Positions 1-9,980 of a stretch of DNA of 64,000 bases are shown here, piece after piece. The notes beneath the pieces are model-generated. The model was not told where the DNA came from. It made no database searches and saw only the letters and a program-made list of their open reading frames with translations. The position numbers and the translations under genes are program-made. Source of the stretch: Clostridia bacterium (lineage in GTDB: Bacteria > Bacillota > Clostridia > Christensenellales > UBA1242); assembly GCA_041670165.1 (NCBI GenBank), contig JBAXZR010000004.1, positions 6,918 through 70,917 on the forward strand, given 5' to 3'. The stretch's first letter is position 1. Each line of letters starts with the position of its first letter.

Positions 1-58
1 AATCAAATCATTTGGACCAACAAGAAATGACAAAATTGATTTGTCTAAGGAGGGTTAA
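1..58 (+). CDS. 3' end of an upstream gene (partial), possibly adenylosuccinate synthetase-like
   Basis: Frame 2 reads IKSFGPTRNDKIDLSKEG* with TAA at 56-58 abutting the ATG at 59. The S-x-G-P-T-x-x-D-K tail resembles the C-terminus of PurA-family proteins. Only 18 codons are visible. Confidence 0.35.
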   Translation, partial: IKSFGPTRNDKIDLSKEG

Positions 59-715
59 ATGGAACTAGCAAGAAATGTGTTAAGTCAAGTTTTGCATGAG
101 AGTGGTAAAAAAACGAATTTCATCTTTATTGCTGGGTGTAGTTGCTGTGGAAAAACAACCCTTGCTAACAACCTTGTGAGTGAAATTAAATCACTTAACA
201 AACAAGCAATTGTTGTGCAAGAAGATTCATATTTCAAAAATATTAAAGATGTAAAAAGAAATTATAAAGGTTATTTTTGTCTTGATGATTTTGAAGCATT
301 TCATCTTGATGAAATGAAACAAGATTTAAAAAATTTAATTAACTCAGGCAAAATGGATTATCCCAAATATGACATTTGCTCAAACACGAGAGTTGGAAGA
401 CGAATACTAATAAAAAAAGAAATTATTATTGTTGAAGGGCTTCATGTTTTGGAGGTTTTTAAAAACTTTGAAGGTTTCAAAATATACATGGACACTTCAC
501 CCACTCTTTGCCTTGAAAGACGAACAGAAAGAGATATGAAACTGCTAAATGTAAGTAAAAATCAAGTTCAAGATTTGTTTGTCAGTGAAATTTATCCAAG
601 CTTTAAGCAGTGTATTGAACCACAAAAAAGGCTGGCAGAATTAATTGTTGAAAACAATGAAAAATTAATATTGACAAAAGGAAGACAAGCAAATGAAAAT
701 GAAAGAATTTTGTGA
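59..715 (+). CDS. Uridine kinase-like P-loop nucleoside kinase
   Basis: Walker A AGCSCCGKTT, QEDSYF, IIVEGL and RRTERD lid; AAGGAGG RBS upstream. Confidence 0.8.
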   Translation: MELARNVLSQVLHESGKKTNFIFIAGCSCCGKTTLANNLVSEIKSLNKQAIVVQEDSYFKNIKDVKRNYKGYFCLDDFEAFHLDEMKQDLKNLINSGKMDYPKYDICSNTRVGRRILIKKEIIIVEGLHVLEVFKNFEGFKIYMDTSPTLCLERRTERDMKLLNVSKNQVQDLFVSEIYPSFKQCIEPQKRLAELIVENNEKLILTKGRQANENERIL

Positions 716-1775
716 GCATTTGGTTTTGGTAACAAATCCAAGTCGTGTGTTTGGAATTGGTTCTGACAAGACTGCAATTAAAAAAAACTACCTTGCAATT
801 GTCAGAAAAATTCACCCAGACATTGTTGAATCAGATGAAAAAATTGTTGCTTCAGAAGCAACGGCACATTTAAACAAACTATATAAATCAGCTTGCGAAC
901 AAATTGACAAAGGTACTTATGGAGAAGAAATTGAAAATATTAGCCACAAAAGCACAAGTTCTTATACGCAAGAAAATGAAAATTTTGAAAATGAAGAACC
1001 AATTTTTAAGCTCAATATAAAGGGTAAAATTGTAAAGATTTACAATCAAATCTTTGAAGGTAAAATTTGCGATGTTTATGTTGGATTGCTTGATGACAAA
1101 AAGGTGTTTTTGAAAGCTGGTAAAATTGAAGAAAGTGATGAATTATTACAAAACGAATACCAAATACTTTCGCGCGTTAAACACAGAAGTTTGCCGTCAG
1201 TGCTTGAAATGATAAAAATTAACTGCAACTTGGCATTGCTTGAAAATGAATGTGTTGGTCAGCCACTTTCAGAAATTTTAAAAAAACTTAATCATGGAAT
1301 TTCACAAAATCATGTCATGTGGATTCTTGAAAGGCTTCTTGAAGTTACAGGTTTTTTGCATTCAAACATGATTGTACATGGCAATATTAAGCCTGAAACA
1401 ATAATTTTGGATACAAAAAATCATAACGCTTCACTTGTAGGACTTTACTTTGGATGTGACAAATCCGTAGGAGTAGAAAACTATAAAGTTAAAAACAAAA
1501 TTTATTCCGCTCCAGAAATAAGCAAACTTGAAGAAGTTAATCCAAGAAGTGACATTTTCTCAATTGGAAAAATTGCAATTTCTCTTCTTAATGGAAATGA
1601 AATTTCGAAGGTTTGCCCTTCTTCAACAAATCGAGAACTAGCAAATTTCATTGAAAAAATGGCTAAACAAGATAGTTGCTCACGACCTTATGACGCATTT
1701 AAGCTTTGGGACGAGCTTAGGGAGGTGAGAACAAAAATTGTTGGAAACAAGAGATTTGAAGAATTTGTTATTTAG
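693..1775 (+). CDS. J-domain (DnaJ-like) plus Ser/Thr kinase-fold protein, probable pseudokinase
   Basis: N-terminal IKKNYLAIVRKIHPD (HPD motif). Kinase fold with VFLK, LQNEYQIL, HGNIKPETI, YSAPE and SDIFSIG. Overlaps the upstream gene. Confidence 0.8.
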   Translation: MKMKEFCEHLVLVTNPSRVFGIGSDKTAIKKNYLAIVRKIHPDIVESDEKIVASEATAHLNKLYKSACEQIDKGTYGEEIENISHKSTSSYTQENENFENEEPIFKLNIKGKIVKIYNQIFEGKICDVYVGLLDDKKVFLKAGKIEESDELLQNEYQILSRVKHRSLPSVLEMIKINCNLALLENECVGQPLSEILKKLNHGISQNHVMWILERLLEVTGFLHSNMIVHGNIKPETIILDTKNHNASLVGLYFGCDKSVGVENYKVKNKIYSAPEISKLEEVNPRSDIFSIGKIAISLLNGNEISKVCPSSTNRELANFIEKMAKQDSCSRPYDAFKLWDELREVRTKIVGNKRFEEFVI

Positions 1776-1877
1776 TTTTCATCACAAAAATTTAATAAAA
1801 ATCAATTCGTATCACAAAAAATAAGTCAAAATTTCAAAAACAAAAACAAAAAATAAAAAATAAAGGAAGGTATTAAT

Positions 1878-2837
1878 ATGGGTGGTTATAGTTATGATAG
1901 AGATGTTTATTCATCTTCAAGTTCGTCAAGTTGGGGAAGTAGCAGTGTTTCAGATGAAAAGCTTTCTGCTAGTAGTTTAGATAAATCTATGCTTCCAAAA
2001 AAAACTATTAAGTCTGATGCAAAAAATCCAATAGTAATTATGTTAGATGTTACTGGCTCAAACATTGATTTTGCAAAGATTGTTTATGACAAAATGCCAA
2101 TGTTCTTTGGCAACATTGAACAAAAAGGCTATCTCAAAGATTTTGAAATTAGTGTTTGTGCTGTTGGAGATGCAAATTCTGATTCTTATCCTTTGCAAAT
2201 ATCAAATTTTGCAAAAGGAAAAGAGATTGATTCTTGGCTTGAAAAGCTCGTTCTTGAAGGATGTGGCGGCGGACAAAGAATGGAAACATATGAGCTTGGA
2301 GCTTATTATCTTTTGAAAAATGCTGAGTTTAGAGCAGATGCTGAACCCATTGTTTTCTTCATTGCAGATGAATCTCCATATCCATATTTGGAAAAAGATC
2401 ATGTTGAGAATCTTATTGGTGGAACATTTGATAAAGAACTTATAAACACTGATTCTGTTTTTATGGCATTAAGAAAAAAATGTAAAGGAAATGTGTTTAC
2501 ATATCTTAACAAGTATTCTGGAAGAGAAGATGACATAAAAATCGTAAACGATTGGAACAAAATTTTGAAAAGCGAACACTTAATCAAAATTGGAGAAGAA
2601 AAAGCCATTGTTGATTTGATGCTTGGAACAATCGCACTTATTGGAAATCGTACTCTTGAAAGTTACAAAGTTGACATGCTTGATAGAGGACAAGAATATG
2701 CAAGAATTTCAACTGTGGCTTCTTCTCTTAAGGGCCTTAGTTCAACAATGCTTCCAGCAATCATTGTTAACAAAGGTTTAACAAATAATTTTGGAGTAGT
2801 TAACAAAACAAAGAAAGATGATGAGCAACTGTTGTAA
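1878..2837 (+). CDS. von Willebrand factor A (vWA) domain protein
   Basis: MIDAS-like IMLDVTGS, AVGD, LEGCGGGQRMETYEL and FFIADE; AAGGAAGG RBS. Confidence 0.8.
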   Translation: MGGYSYDRDVYSSSSSSSWGSSSVSDEKLSASSLDKSMLPKKTIKSDAKNPIVIMLDVTGSNIDFAKIVYDKMPMFFGNIEQKGYLKDFEISVCAVGDANSDSYPLQISNFAKGKEIDSWLEKLVLEGCGGGQRMETYELGAYYLLKNAEFRADAEPIVFFIADESPYPYLEKDHVENLIGGTFDKELINTDSVFMALRKKCKGNVFTYLNKYSGREDDIKIVNDWNKILKSEHLIKIGEEKAIVDLMLGTIALIGNRTLESYKVDMLDRGQEYARISTVASSLKGLSSTMLPAIIVNKGLTNNFGVVNKTKKDDEQLL

Positions 2838-2927
2838 AACAAATTAGACATAATTTTTCAAAGGATATCTTTTTGATATTAGAAATTTAAACTTATAAAT
2901 AAGCATTTAAACAAAAAATTAATTTTT

Positions 2928-2969
2928 AAAAACGCACTTATGTGGGCTTGTCCCATTGGTGCGTTTTTT
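2928..2969 (+). terminator. Rho-independent terminator after the vWA gene
   Basis: AAAAACGCAC...GTGCGTTTTTT stem with inner TGGG/CCCA pairing and a U-tract. Confidence 0.7.
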
Positions 2970-3145
2970 GTTATGGAAAAGCAAAATTATATAATTGTTT
3001 TTCATTTAAACAATAAACTTAACTAACATATTTAAGAATTTAAAAAACCACAAGATTTAACTCGTGGTTATTATTTTTATCATGTTGTTATGTTTCTTTC
3101 AACTTTTATATGTTTATTAAACCAAATCAAAACTTGTAATTGAAA

Positions 3146-3862
3146 TTAAAATTTGCTTGAAGAATATTTTGTGTTTTTTGCATTTAGCTTTTTGTCTTTT
3201 CCAAAGCATGCTTGCCAAATTTCTTCATGAATTTGCTCAATTGGTTTAAGTTCATTTTTATCATTTAGGCATTTAATGACTGTCCAACCAAATTTATGGG
3301 CAACATACTTTCCTGCATTGTATGAATCTATTAAATGCTGTTCATCAGATTCATGAATATCTTTTTTCATGCCAGTTTTCAAATCTGGTCTTGAGGCAGC
3401 AAGCTTTTTGCTCATTTCAACAGGCCTATCCAAAAAAATCACTTGACTTGGACGAGGAAGAAGAAGAGTGCCAAATTCAAATTCATCAAGCCATTTCAAA
3501 AATCTATCTCTTTCAGCAATGTTTGAAATTTTTCCAGCTTGGTGAAGCATGTTGGCAGTTACATACCTATCAAAAACAACAATGCTTTCAGGATATATTT
3601 TTTGTTCCATTTCTTTGATTGTGCAAAGCCTGTCAACAGCATAGAGTGAAGAAGCTTGGTAAGCTGTTAATCCTTTTGCACTTGTTGAAAGTTTTCCGTC
3701 AAGATACAATTTTACAGGACCAGAAGACAAACTTTGATAATTAGGGAAACTTTGTTTAACGGCTGAAATTTTGTTTGCTGTTAACCTGTCTAAAAGCATT
3801 TGGGTTTGAGTTTGCTTTCCGCAACCATCAGTACCTTCAATAACAATAATCTTATTATTCAT
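3146..3862 (-). CDS. tmk: Thymidylate kinase (dTMP kinase)
   Basis: IVIEGTDGCGKQTQ P-loop, SFPNY, LYAVDR, FDRYVTAN and DIHE motifs. Confidence 0.9.
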   Translation of the reverse strand: MNNKIIVIEGTDGCGKQTQTQMLLDRLTANKISAVKQSFPNYQSLSSGPVKLYLDGKLSTSAKGLTAYQASSLYAVDRLCTIKEMEQKIYPESIVVFDRYVTANMLHQAGKISNIAERDRFLKWLDEFEFGTLLLPRPSQVIFLDRPVEMSKKLAASRPDLKTGMKKDIHESDEQHLIDSYNAGKYVAHKFGWTVIKCLNDKNELKPIEQIHEEIWQACFGKDKKLNAKNTKYSSSKF

Positions 3863-3919
3863 GTTTTCTCCTATGTTTTTAATTTTTCACAAATTATTTT
3901 TTAAAGTCTGTAAGAAAAA

Positions 3920-4333
3920 TTAATTTTGTTTGTAAAGATTGTGGCATTTGCTTTTAATCATTTGTAAAAACACTTCTTTATTTTTTGGTGAAATGTATAT
4001 TGGTGAAGCACTTCCATATTGCAAAATTTTTATTCTATTAGAAGACATAGCCAAGCTCGAACGACTATTGATGCAATTTTCGATAGATGAAATGTTATTT
4101 AGCTCAAGAGTTTCTCTAAATGGCCCATTTCTACATATTACATATTTATCCAAAATCGTGTAAGAAGTTCCGAGCAACATCCAAAGCATAAATGAAATTA
4201 CTGGCAACATCACAATTAAACAAATTAAGCCCTTAACATGATCTTTTAATATAATAATTGGTAAAATTGCAGTAATAATTACGATTACTAATGAAGTGAT
4301 AAAGATCCACCCAATTTTTGATTTAAATTTCAA
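3920..4333 (-). CDS. Membrane protein with bacterial PH domain (bPH_5-like)
   Basis: MKFKSK start, two TM segments, then TSYTI...GPF...SSLAMSSNRIKI...ISPKNKEVFL. Confidence 0.7.
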   Translation of the reverse strand: MKFKSKIGWIFITSLVIVIITAILPIIILKDHVKGLICLIVMLPVISFMLWMLLGTSYTILDKYVICRNGPFRETLELNNISSIENCINSRSSLAMSSNRIKILQYGSASPIYISPKNKEVFLQMIKSKCHNLYKQN

Positions 4334-4524
4334 GTTTTTGCCTCCATGTTTTTAATATGTTATCAAATAAACAAAAAAATATCAAGCAAACTAACTTAAA
4401 ACAATTTTATAATTTAATTTCTTGTTTAATTTGACATAAAAAATAAATAGTGATAGATTAGTTTTTGTGCATGTTTTTAACTTAAACTGACATATGAATT
4501 TGTGCATAATTCGCATTAAAGGAA

Positions 4525-5175
4525 ATGTTTAAATTGACAAATGAAATTAAATATAAATTAAATTGTTTCAAAAATTTAAAAACAAATCAAGTGATTTTTT
4601 CTTTTGAAAAATCACTTGGAATTGATTATGTGAAAAAAACTCCAAACACAGATGAACTTACTGAAAACAAGCACATACCAAGCATTGAAATTTTTGATGA
4701 TTGCATGCTTATAACCATTGGAAAAATTCTTCATAACAATTTCATTGAAAATCATATTGAAAAAATTGTTATGCAAAATGGTCAAAATGTTAAAATTTGG
4801 GATGTTAAAGAAAAATGCAAAAAAGGTTTTCCAGCTGTTGTAAGTGTTCCTTACAATAAAATTCCTAAGGGTGAAACAAATTTTTTTGTATATTGTTCAG
4901 CTCATGGCTTTTTTAAACTAACACAAAACTTTCCAAGCGAATCATATTCTTTTCCTGCTGTAATGTTTGCAATGGACGGAACAAACAAAATTATTGTTAG
5001 GTTTTTGGATTTGCCAGATGTTGTGGGAATCGGCTTGTCAAAAGAAGAAGCATATGAAAATGCAAAAAAAGAACTTAGATTTGCCATGATTTGTGAAGAT
5101 AATAAAAATGTTGTTCCTTCAGCACTTGAAGAAGTTAGAAAAAATCACCCATCAGCTTTTATGATTGAAATATGA
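4525..5175 (+). CDS. Desulfoferrodoxin/superoxide reductase-like domain fused to a HicB-like domain
   Basis: ENKHIP..LH..NHIE..YCSAHG (SOR His4-Cys ligand spacing). C-terminal YSFPAV..VRFLDLP..G.SKEEAYENAKKEL is a HicB-type N-terminal fold. Confidence 0.6.
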   Translation: MFKLTNEIKYKLNCFKNLKTNQVIFSFEKSLGIDYVKKTPNTDELTENKHIPSIEIFDDCMLITIGKILHNNFIENHIEKIVMQNGQNVKIWDVKEKCKKGFPAVVSVPYNKIPKGETNFFVYCSAHGFFKLTQNFPSESYSFPAVMFAMDGTNKIIVRFLDLPDVVGIGLSKEEAYENAKKELRFAMICEDNKNVVPSALEEVRKNHPSAFMIEI

Positions 5176-5212
5176 AAAACTAGTAAAAAATAATTTAGAT
5201 AGGAGATAGCAG

Positions 5213-6064
5213 ATGAAAATCAAAATAACAGCAGATAGCACCGCAGATTTGTCAAAGGAGATTTTGGAAAAAGAAAACATTTCAATAAGTTCACTCAATA
5301 TTTTGCTTGGTGAAAAAGAATATTTGGACGGTGTGAATATCACTCCAACTAACATTTTTGATCATTTCAACAAAACTGGACAACTGCCCAAAACAGCTGC
5401 TTTAAACAGTGAAAATTACAAGGAGTTTTTTGAAAAGTTTTTAAGTGATGGCTATGATGCGATTGTTCATTTCAGCATTTCATCTGATTTTTCAACAAGT
5501 TATTCAAGTGCAGTCAGTGCTGCAAGTGAGCTAAAAAATGTTTTTGTGATTGATTCCCGTTCTCTTTCAACAGGAATTGGATTACTCACACTATATGCTT
5601 GTGATTTGGTTAAAGAAAATGTTGAAGCGGAAAAAATTGTTGAAATGGTTAAGGAAAGAGTTCCTTTTGTTCAAGCATCGTTTGTTGTTGACAGTTTGCT
5701 TTTTTTACATAAAGGTGGAAGATGTTCAACAATAGCCTATCTTGGAGCTAATCTTCTTGGATTAAAACCAAGTATTGAAGTTAAAAATGGCAAAATGGGA
5801 GTTTCAAAAAAATATCGTGGTCCTCTTGTTAAAGTTGCAGGAAATTATGCACATGACATTCTTGAAAAATATTCCAATCCTAGTAGACGCAGAGTTTTCA
5901 TCACACACTCTTGCTCTCCACAAGAAGTTGTTGATTGTATATACAAAATTTTGGTTGACAGTGGAAAGTTTGATGAAATTTTGATTACAACTGCTGGCGC
6001 AACAGTATCTAGCCATTGTGGCAAAAACACAATCGGAGTGCTTTTTATAAACGACGGCAAATAA
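5213..6064 (+). CDS. DegV family fatty-acid-binding protein
   Basis: ITADSTADL, PKTAA, ISSDFSTSY, IDSRSLS, LHKGGR and SSHCG motifs. Confidence 0.92.
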   Translation: MKIKITADSTADLSKEILEKENISISSLNILLGEKEYLDGVNITPTNIFDHFNKTGQLPKTAALNSENYKEFFEKFLSDGYDAIVHFSISSDFSTSYSSAVSAASELKNVFVIDSRSLSTGIGLLTLYACDLVKENVEAEKIVEMVKERVPFVQASFVVDSLLFLHKGGRCSTIAYLGANLLGLKPSIEVKNGKMGVSKKYRGPLVKVAGNYAHDILEKYSNPSRRRVFITHSCSPQEVVDCIYKILVDSGKFDEILITTAGATVSSHCGKNTIGVLFINDGK

Positions 6065-6074
6065 ATTTGTGAAC

Positions 6075-6144
6075 AAGATAAAATTTGTTTTACAAGGAAT
6101 AAGATATAATTGTATTTTACAAAGAAGATAATATTTATTTACAA
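6075..6144. repeat. Three imperfect 20-22 bp direct repeats (AAGATA-N7-9-TTTACAA)
   Basis: AAGATAAAATTTGTTTTACAA (6075), AAGATATAATTGTATTTTACAA (6101), AAGATAATATTTATTTACAA (6125). Confidence 0.5.
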
Positions 6145-6148
6145 TTTA

Positions 6149-6182
6149 GGCTGAAAACAAATCATTTGTTTTCAGTTTTTTT
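6149..6182 (+). terminator. Rho-independent terminator after the degV-family gene
   Basis: CTGAAAACAAA-TCA-TTTGTTTTCAG followed by a T-run. Confidence 0.8.
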
Positions 6183-6465
6183 GAAAAGAAAAAAAATTAG
6201 CTTTATAAAAAAAACAAATAAAATCTTTCAATTAAAGTTTAGGTTTAATAAAATTAAATTTTAAAAATTAAAATAAAGAGATTTTAATGTTTTTAGCCTT
6301 AATTATTTATTTTAATCATAATTTTTCAATCATTTTGACTTTGTATTTCGGTTATATTATTAATAGAAAACTTATTTAGCTTTTAAAAATTTGCTTTAAC
6401 ATTATCCGCAAAAAAGAATTTTGAAATAATAAAGCTAACAATTTTGCCTTTAAACAAAATTTTCG

Positions 6466-6494
6466 TTGACAAATGGACTATTGTTTGTTAAAAT
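6466..6494 (+). promoter_or_regulatory. SigA-type promoter of the str operon
   Basis: TTGACA-17 nt-TAAAAT with TG extended -10. Confidence 0.75.
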
Positions 6495-6715
6495 TCTTGC
6501 TAGTTCGTGGAATTTATGTCTACGACGCTCTTTTTTTGCTTAGAGAAAATGCGTTCGCTAGGTTTAAAAAGGGGTTTCACACTTGTGAAACAAAATTTTT
6601 ATACTTTTTGGTGTGCAAAATTTATAAAAGTTTTCGGCCACGCTGTGAAGCATGGCAAGCAAAATGGAGAAAGGGTTGTTTCAAAATTTTGCAAAAAAAA
6701 TTATGGAGGAAATAT

Positions 6716-7096
6716 ATGCCAACGATCAATCAACTTGTTAGGCAAGGAAGAAAAAAATTAATCGACAAGACAAATGCTCCACTTCTAGGCTCATGCCCAC
6801 AAAAAAGAGGCGTTTGTTTAAGCGTTACAACAACTTCCCCAAAGAAACCTAACTCAGCTCTCAGAAAAATTGCAAGAGTTCGTTTGTCAAACAAAACAGA
6901 AGGCTCATGCTATATTCCTGGAGAAGGACACAACTTGCAGGAACACAGTGTTGTTCTTGTTCGTGGCGGAAGAGTTAAGGATTTGCCTGGTGTTAGATAT
7001 CATATTATTCGTGGTGCTCTTGATGCTTCTGGTGTCGCAAAACGCAAACAAAGTCGCAGCAAGTACGGTGCTAAGAGAGCTAAAGCAACTAAGTAA
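6716..7096 (+). CDS. rpsL: 30S ribosomal protein S12
   Basis: MPTINQLVR...[10 protein letters not shown]...[12 protein letters not shown]. The start is ATG 6716 after GGAGG; the track start at 6473 is too early. Confidence 0.99.
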   Translation: MPTINQLVRQGRKKLIDKTNAPLLGSCPQKRGVCLSVTTTSPKKPNSALRKIARVRLSNKTEGSCYIPGEGHNLQEHSVVLVRGGRVKDLPGVRYHIIRGALDASGVAKRKQSRSKYGAKRAKATK

Positions 7097-7178
7097 AAAA
7101 TATTTAGTATTGTCTTTGCCAAGTCCTAAATCATGAAAATGCTAAATATTAAAATTAATCATATAAGGAGATAATAAA

Positions 7179-7652
7179 ATGCCAAGAAGAAGTGGCGTGC
7201 CAAAAAAAGATGTTTTGGTTGATCCAATATACAACAACAAAATTGTAACAAAAATCATCAACCAAGTTATGGAAGATGGCAAAAAAGTTGTTGCTCAAAG
7301 CATCGTATATGGCGCATTTGATATTATTAAAGAAAAAACTGGTGCAGAACCTTTAGATGTTTTCTTGCAATCACTTGAAAACTCAAAACCAGTTCTTGAA
7401 ACAAAAGCACGCAGAGTTGGTGGAGCAACTTACCAAGTTCCACTTGAAATCAGACCAGAAAGAAGACAAACTCTTGCAATTCGCTGGATGGTTATGTTTG
7501 CAAGAAAAAGAACTGCTGAAAAAACTATGGATAAAAGACTTGCAGCAGAAATTTTAGATGCATACAACAACACTGGTGCAACAATTAAGAGAAAAGAAGA
7601 AATGCACAGAATGGCAGAGGCTAACAAAGCATTTGCACATTACAAGTGGTAA
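7179..7652 (+). CDS. rpsG: 30S ribosomal protein S7
   Basis: [22 protein letters not shown]. Confidence 0.99.
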   Translation: MPRRSGVPKKDVLVDPIYNNKIVTKIINQVMEDGKKVVAQSIVYGAFDIIKEKTGAEPLDVFLQSLENSKPVLETKARRVGGATYQVPLEIRPERRQTLAIRWMVMFARKRTAEKTMDKRLAAEILDAYNNTGATIKRKEEMHRMAEANKAFAHYKW

Positions 7653-7756
7653 AACGAAATTCGTGGCTTAACAAAGCTAGAAAATTTCGAAAAAATCAAT
7701 AGTTGGTGAAAACATGTTAGACCCAATTATTCAACCTATATTAAAGGAGAAAATTT

Positions 7757-9844
7757 ATGGCAACCAATAACGACCACCTATTGAAGTTCACACGAAATAT
7801 TGGAATTATGGCTCACATCGATGCCGGAAAAACAACAACAACAGAGCGTATTTTGTTCTATACAGGCAAAGTACACAAAATTGGTGAAGTTCATGATGGT
7901 TCAGCAACAATGGATTGGATGGTTCAGGAACAAGAAAGAGGAATCACCATTACCAGTGCTTGTACAACTTGCAAATGGAGAGATCATAAAATTAACATTA
8001 TCGACACTCCAGGACATGTTGACTTCACAGTTGAAGTTGAACGCTCTTTAAAAGTTTTAGATGGTGCTGTTACTGTTCTCTGTGCAAGAGGAAAAGTTCA
8101 GCCACAAACTGAAAAAGTATGGCGTCAAGCAGATAAGTACAAAGTTCCAAGAATTGTTTATGTAAACAAAATGGATCGTGATGCAGCAGACTTTTTTGGT
8201 TGTGTTCAATCAATTAAAGATAGACTTCATGCAAATGCAGTTGCTCTTCAAATTCCTATTGGACAAGCTGAAACATTCACAGGAATCATTGATCTTATCA
8301 ACATGAAAGCCGAAGTCTACAAAGATGACCTTGGACAACAAATTGAAATTATTGATATTCCTGAAAATCTTATGGCTCAAGCAAAAGAATGGCGTCACAA
8401 AATGATTGAATCTGTTGCTGAAACAGATGACAATCTTTTGGAAAGATATTTTGAAGGTGAAGAATTTGATGTTGACACCCTTAAAACAGCAATAAGAAAA
8501 GCAACAATAGCAATGAAAATTACTCCAGTTATTTGTGGCTCATCATATAAAAACAAGGGTGTTCAAATGCTTCTTGATTCAATGGTAGACTTTTTACCAT
8601 CTCCACTTGATATTGATCATATCAGTGGAACAAATCCAGAAACAGGAGATGCTGAAACTCGTGCTCCATCTGAAGATGCTCCATTTGCTGGACTTGCATT
8701 CAAAATTATGACAGATCCATTTGTTGGAAGACTTGCTTTCTTCCGTGTTTACAGTGGAAAGCTCACAGCTGGATCATATGTTTACAACCCAGGAAAAGAT
8801 ATAAGAGAAAGAGTTGGAAGACTCATCAAAATGCATGCTAACCGCCGTGAAGAAATCAATGAGGTTGGCGCAGGAGATATTGCAGCAATTGTTGGACTCA
8901 AAAACACAATTACTGGCGACACACTTTGCGATGAAAAACAACCAATTTGTCTTGAATCCATGACATTCCCAGAACCTGTTATCAAAGTTGCAATTGAACC
9001 AAAGACAAAACAAATGCAGGAAAAGATGATTCTTGCCCTCATTAAACTTGCCGAAGAAGATCCAACTTTCAAAACATTTACAGATGTTGAAACAGGACAA
9101 ACAATCATCGCTGGAATGGGCGAATTGCACCTTGAAATCATCGTTGACAGATTGCTTAGAGAATTCAAAGTTGAAGCCAATGTTGGTGCACCTCAAGTTG
9201 CTTATCGTGAAACAATCAAAAATGCAGTTCGTGTTGAAGGCCGTTATGTTCGTCAGAGCGGTGGTAAAGGACAATATGGCGATTGCTGGATTGAAATGGA
9301 ACCACTTGAACCTTCAAAGGGTTATGAATTCATTGATAAAACTGTTGGTGGAAGTATTCCAAAAGAATACATCCCAGCAATTGATGCCGGAATTCGTGAA
9401 GCTCGTATGAATGGAATTCTTGCAGGATACGAAACAGTTGATTTCAGAGTTTCAGTTGTTGACGGATCATATCATGATGTTGACTCATCAGAAATGGCGT
9501 TCAAAATCGCAGGCTCAATGGCATTCAAGGAAGGCTGTGCAAAAGCTGGAGCTGTGCTTCTTGAACCTATTATGAAAGTTCAAGTTGAACTTCCTGATGA
9601 ATACCTTGGCGGTGTTATGGGAAACATAACTTCTCGTCGTGGAATTCTTCAAGGAACTGAAACAAGACCAGGTGTTCAAATCATCAATGCAGAAGTTCCA
9701 CTTGCAGAAATGTTCGGATATGCAACAGACTTGCGTAGCCAAACTCAAGGAAGAGGAATCTTCACAATGGAATTTTCTAAATATTCAGAAGTTCCAAAAT
9801 CAATCGGAGAAAAAATTATGGGAGATCGTGCTAAAAGGGATTAA
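7757..9844 (+). CDS. fusA: Elongation factor G
   Basis: [33 protein letters not shown]; position in the str operon. Confidence 0.99.
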   Translation: MATNNDHLLKFTRNIGIMAHIDAGKTTTTERILFYTGKVHKIGEVHDGSATMDWMVQEQERGITITSACTTCKWRDHKINIIDTPGHVDFTVEVERSLKVLDGAVTVLCARGKVQPQTEKVWRQADKYKVPRIVYVNKMDRDAADFFGCVQSIKDRLHANAVALQIPIGQAETFTGIIDLINMKAEVYKDDLGQQIEIIDIPENLMAQAKEWRHKMIESVAETDDNLLERYFEGEEFDVDTLKTAIRKATIAMKITPVICGSSYKNKGVQMLLDSMVDFLPSPLDIDHISGTNPETGDAETRAPSEDAPFAGLAFKIMTDPFVGRLAFFRVYSGKLTAGSYVYNPGKDIRERVGRLIKMHANRREEINEVGAGDIAAIVGLKNTITGDTLCDEKQPICLESMTFPEPVIKVAIEPKTKQMQEKMILALIKLAEEDPTFKTFTDVETGQTIIAGMGELHLEIIVDRLLREFKVEANVGAPQVAYRETIKNAVRVEGRYVRQSGGKGQYGDCWIEMEPLEPSKGYEFIDKTVGGSIPKEYIPAIDAGIREARMNGILAGYETVDFRVSVVDGSYHDVDSSEMAFKIAGSMAFKEGCAKAGAVLLEPIMKVQVELPDEYLGGVMGNITSRRGILQGTETRPGVQIINAEVPLAEMFGYATDLRSQTQGRGIFTMEFSKYSEVPKSIGEKIMGDRAKRD

Positions 9845-9980
9845 TCAATTTTTAGCATTCCCCAAAAAATTAGTTGCAAGTGAGCTTTACAACAAATAAA
9901 AACATGCAAAAAACATTTGCAAATAAAAACAGCTTATGATATTATAATCATCATAAAAAATATAAGGAGAAAATACAAAA

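Noticed and set aside
6473..6715. 81-aa N-terminal extension of S12 in the ORF track (also early starts for rpsJ, adk, map and addB)
   Set aside because: It overlaps the promoter and leader. The conserved protein starts at ATG 6716 behind GGAGG.
6716..7096. Streptomycin-resistance allele of rpsL
   Set aside because: PKKPNSA and RVKDLPG are wild type.
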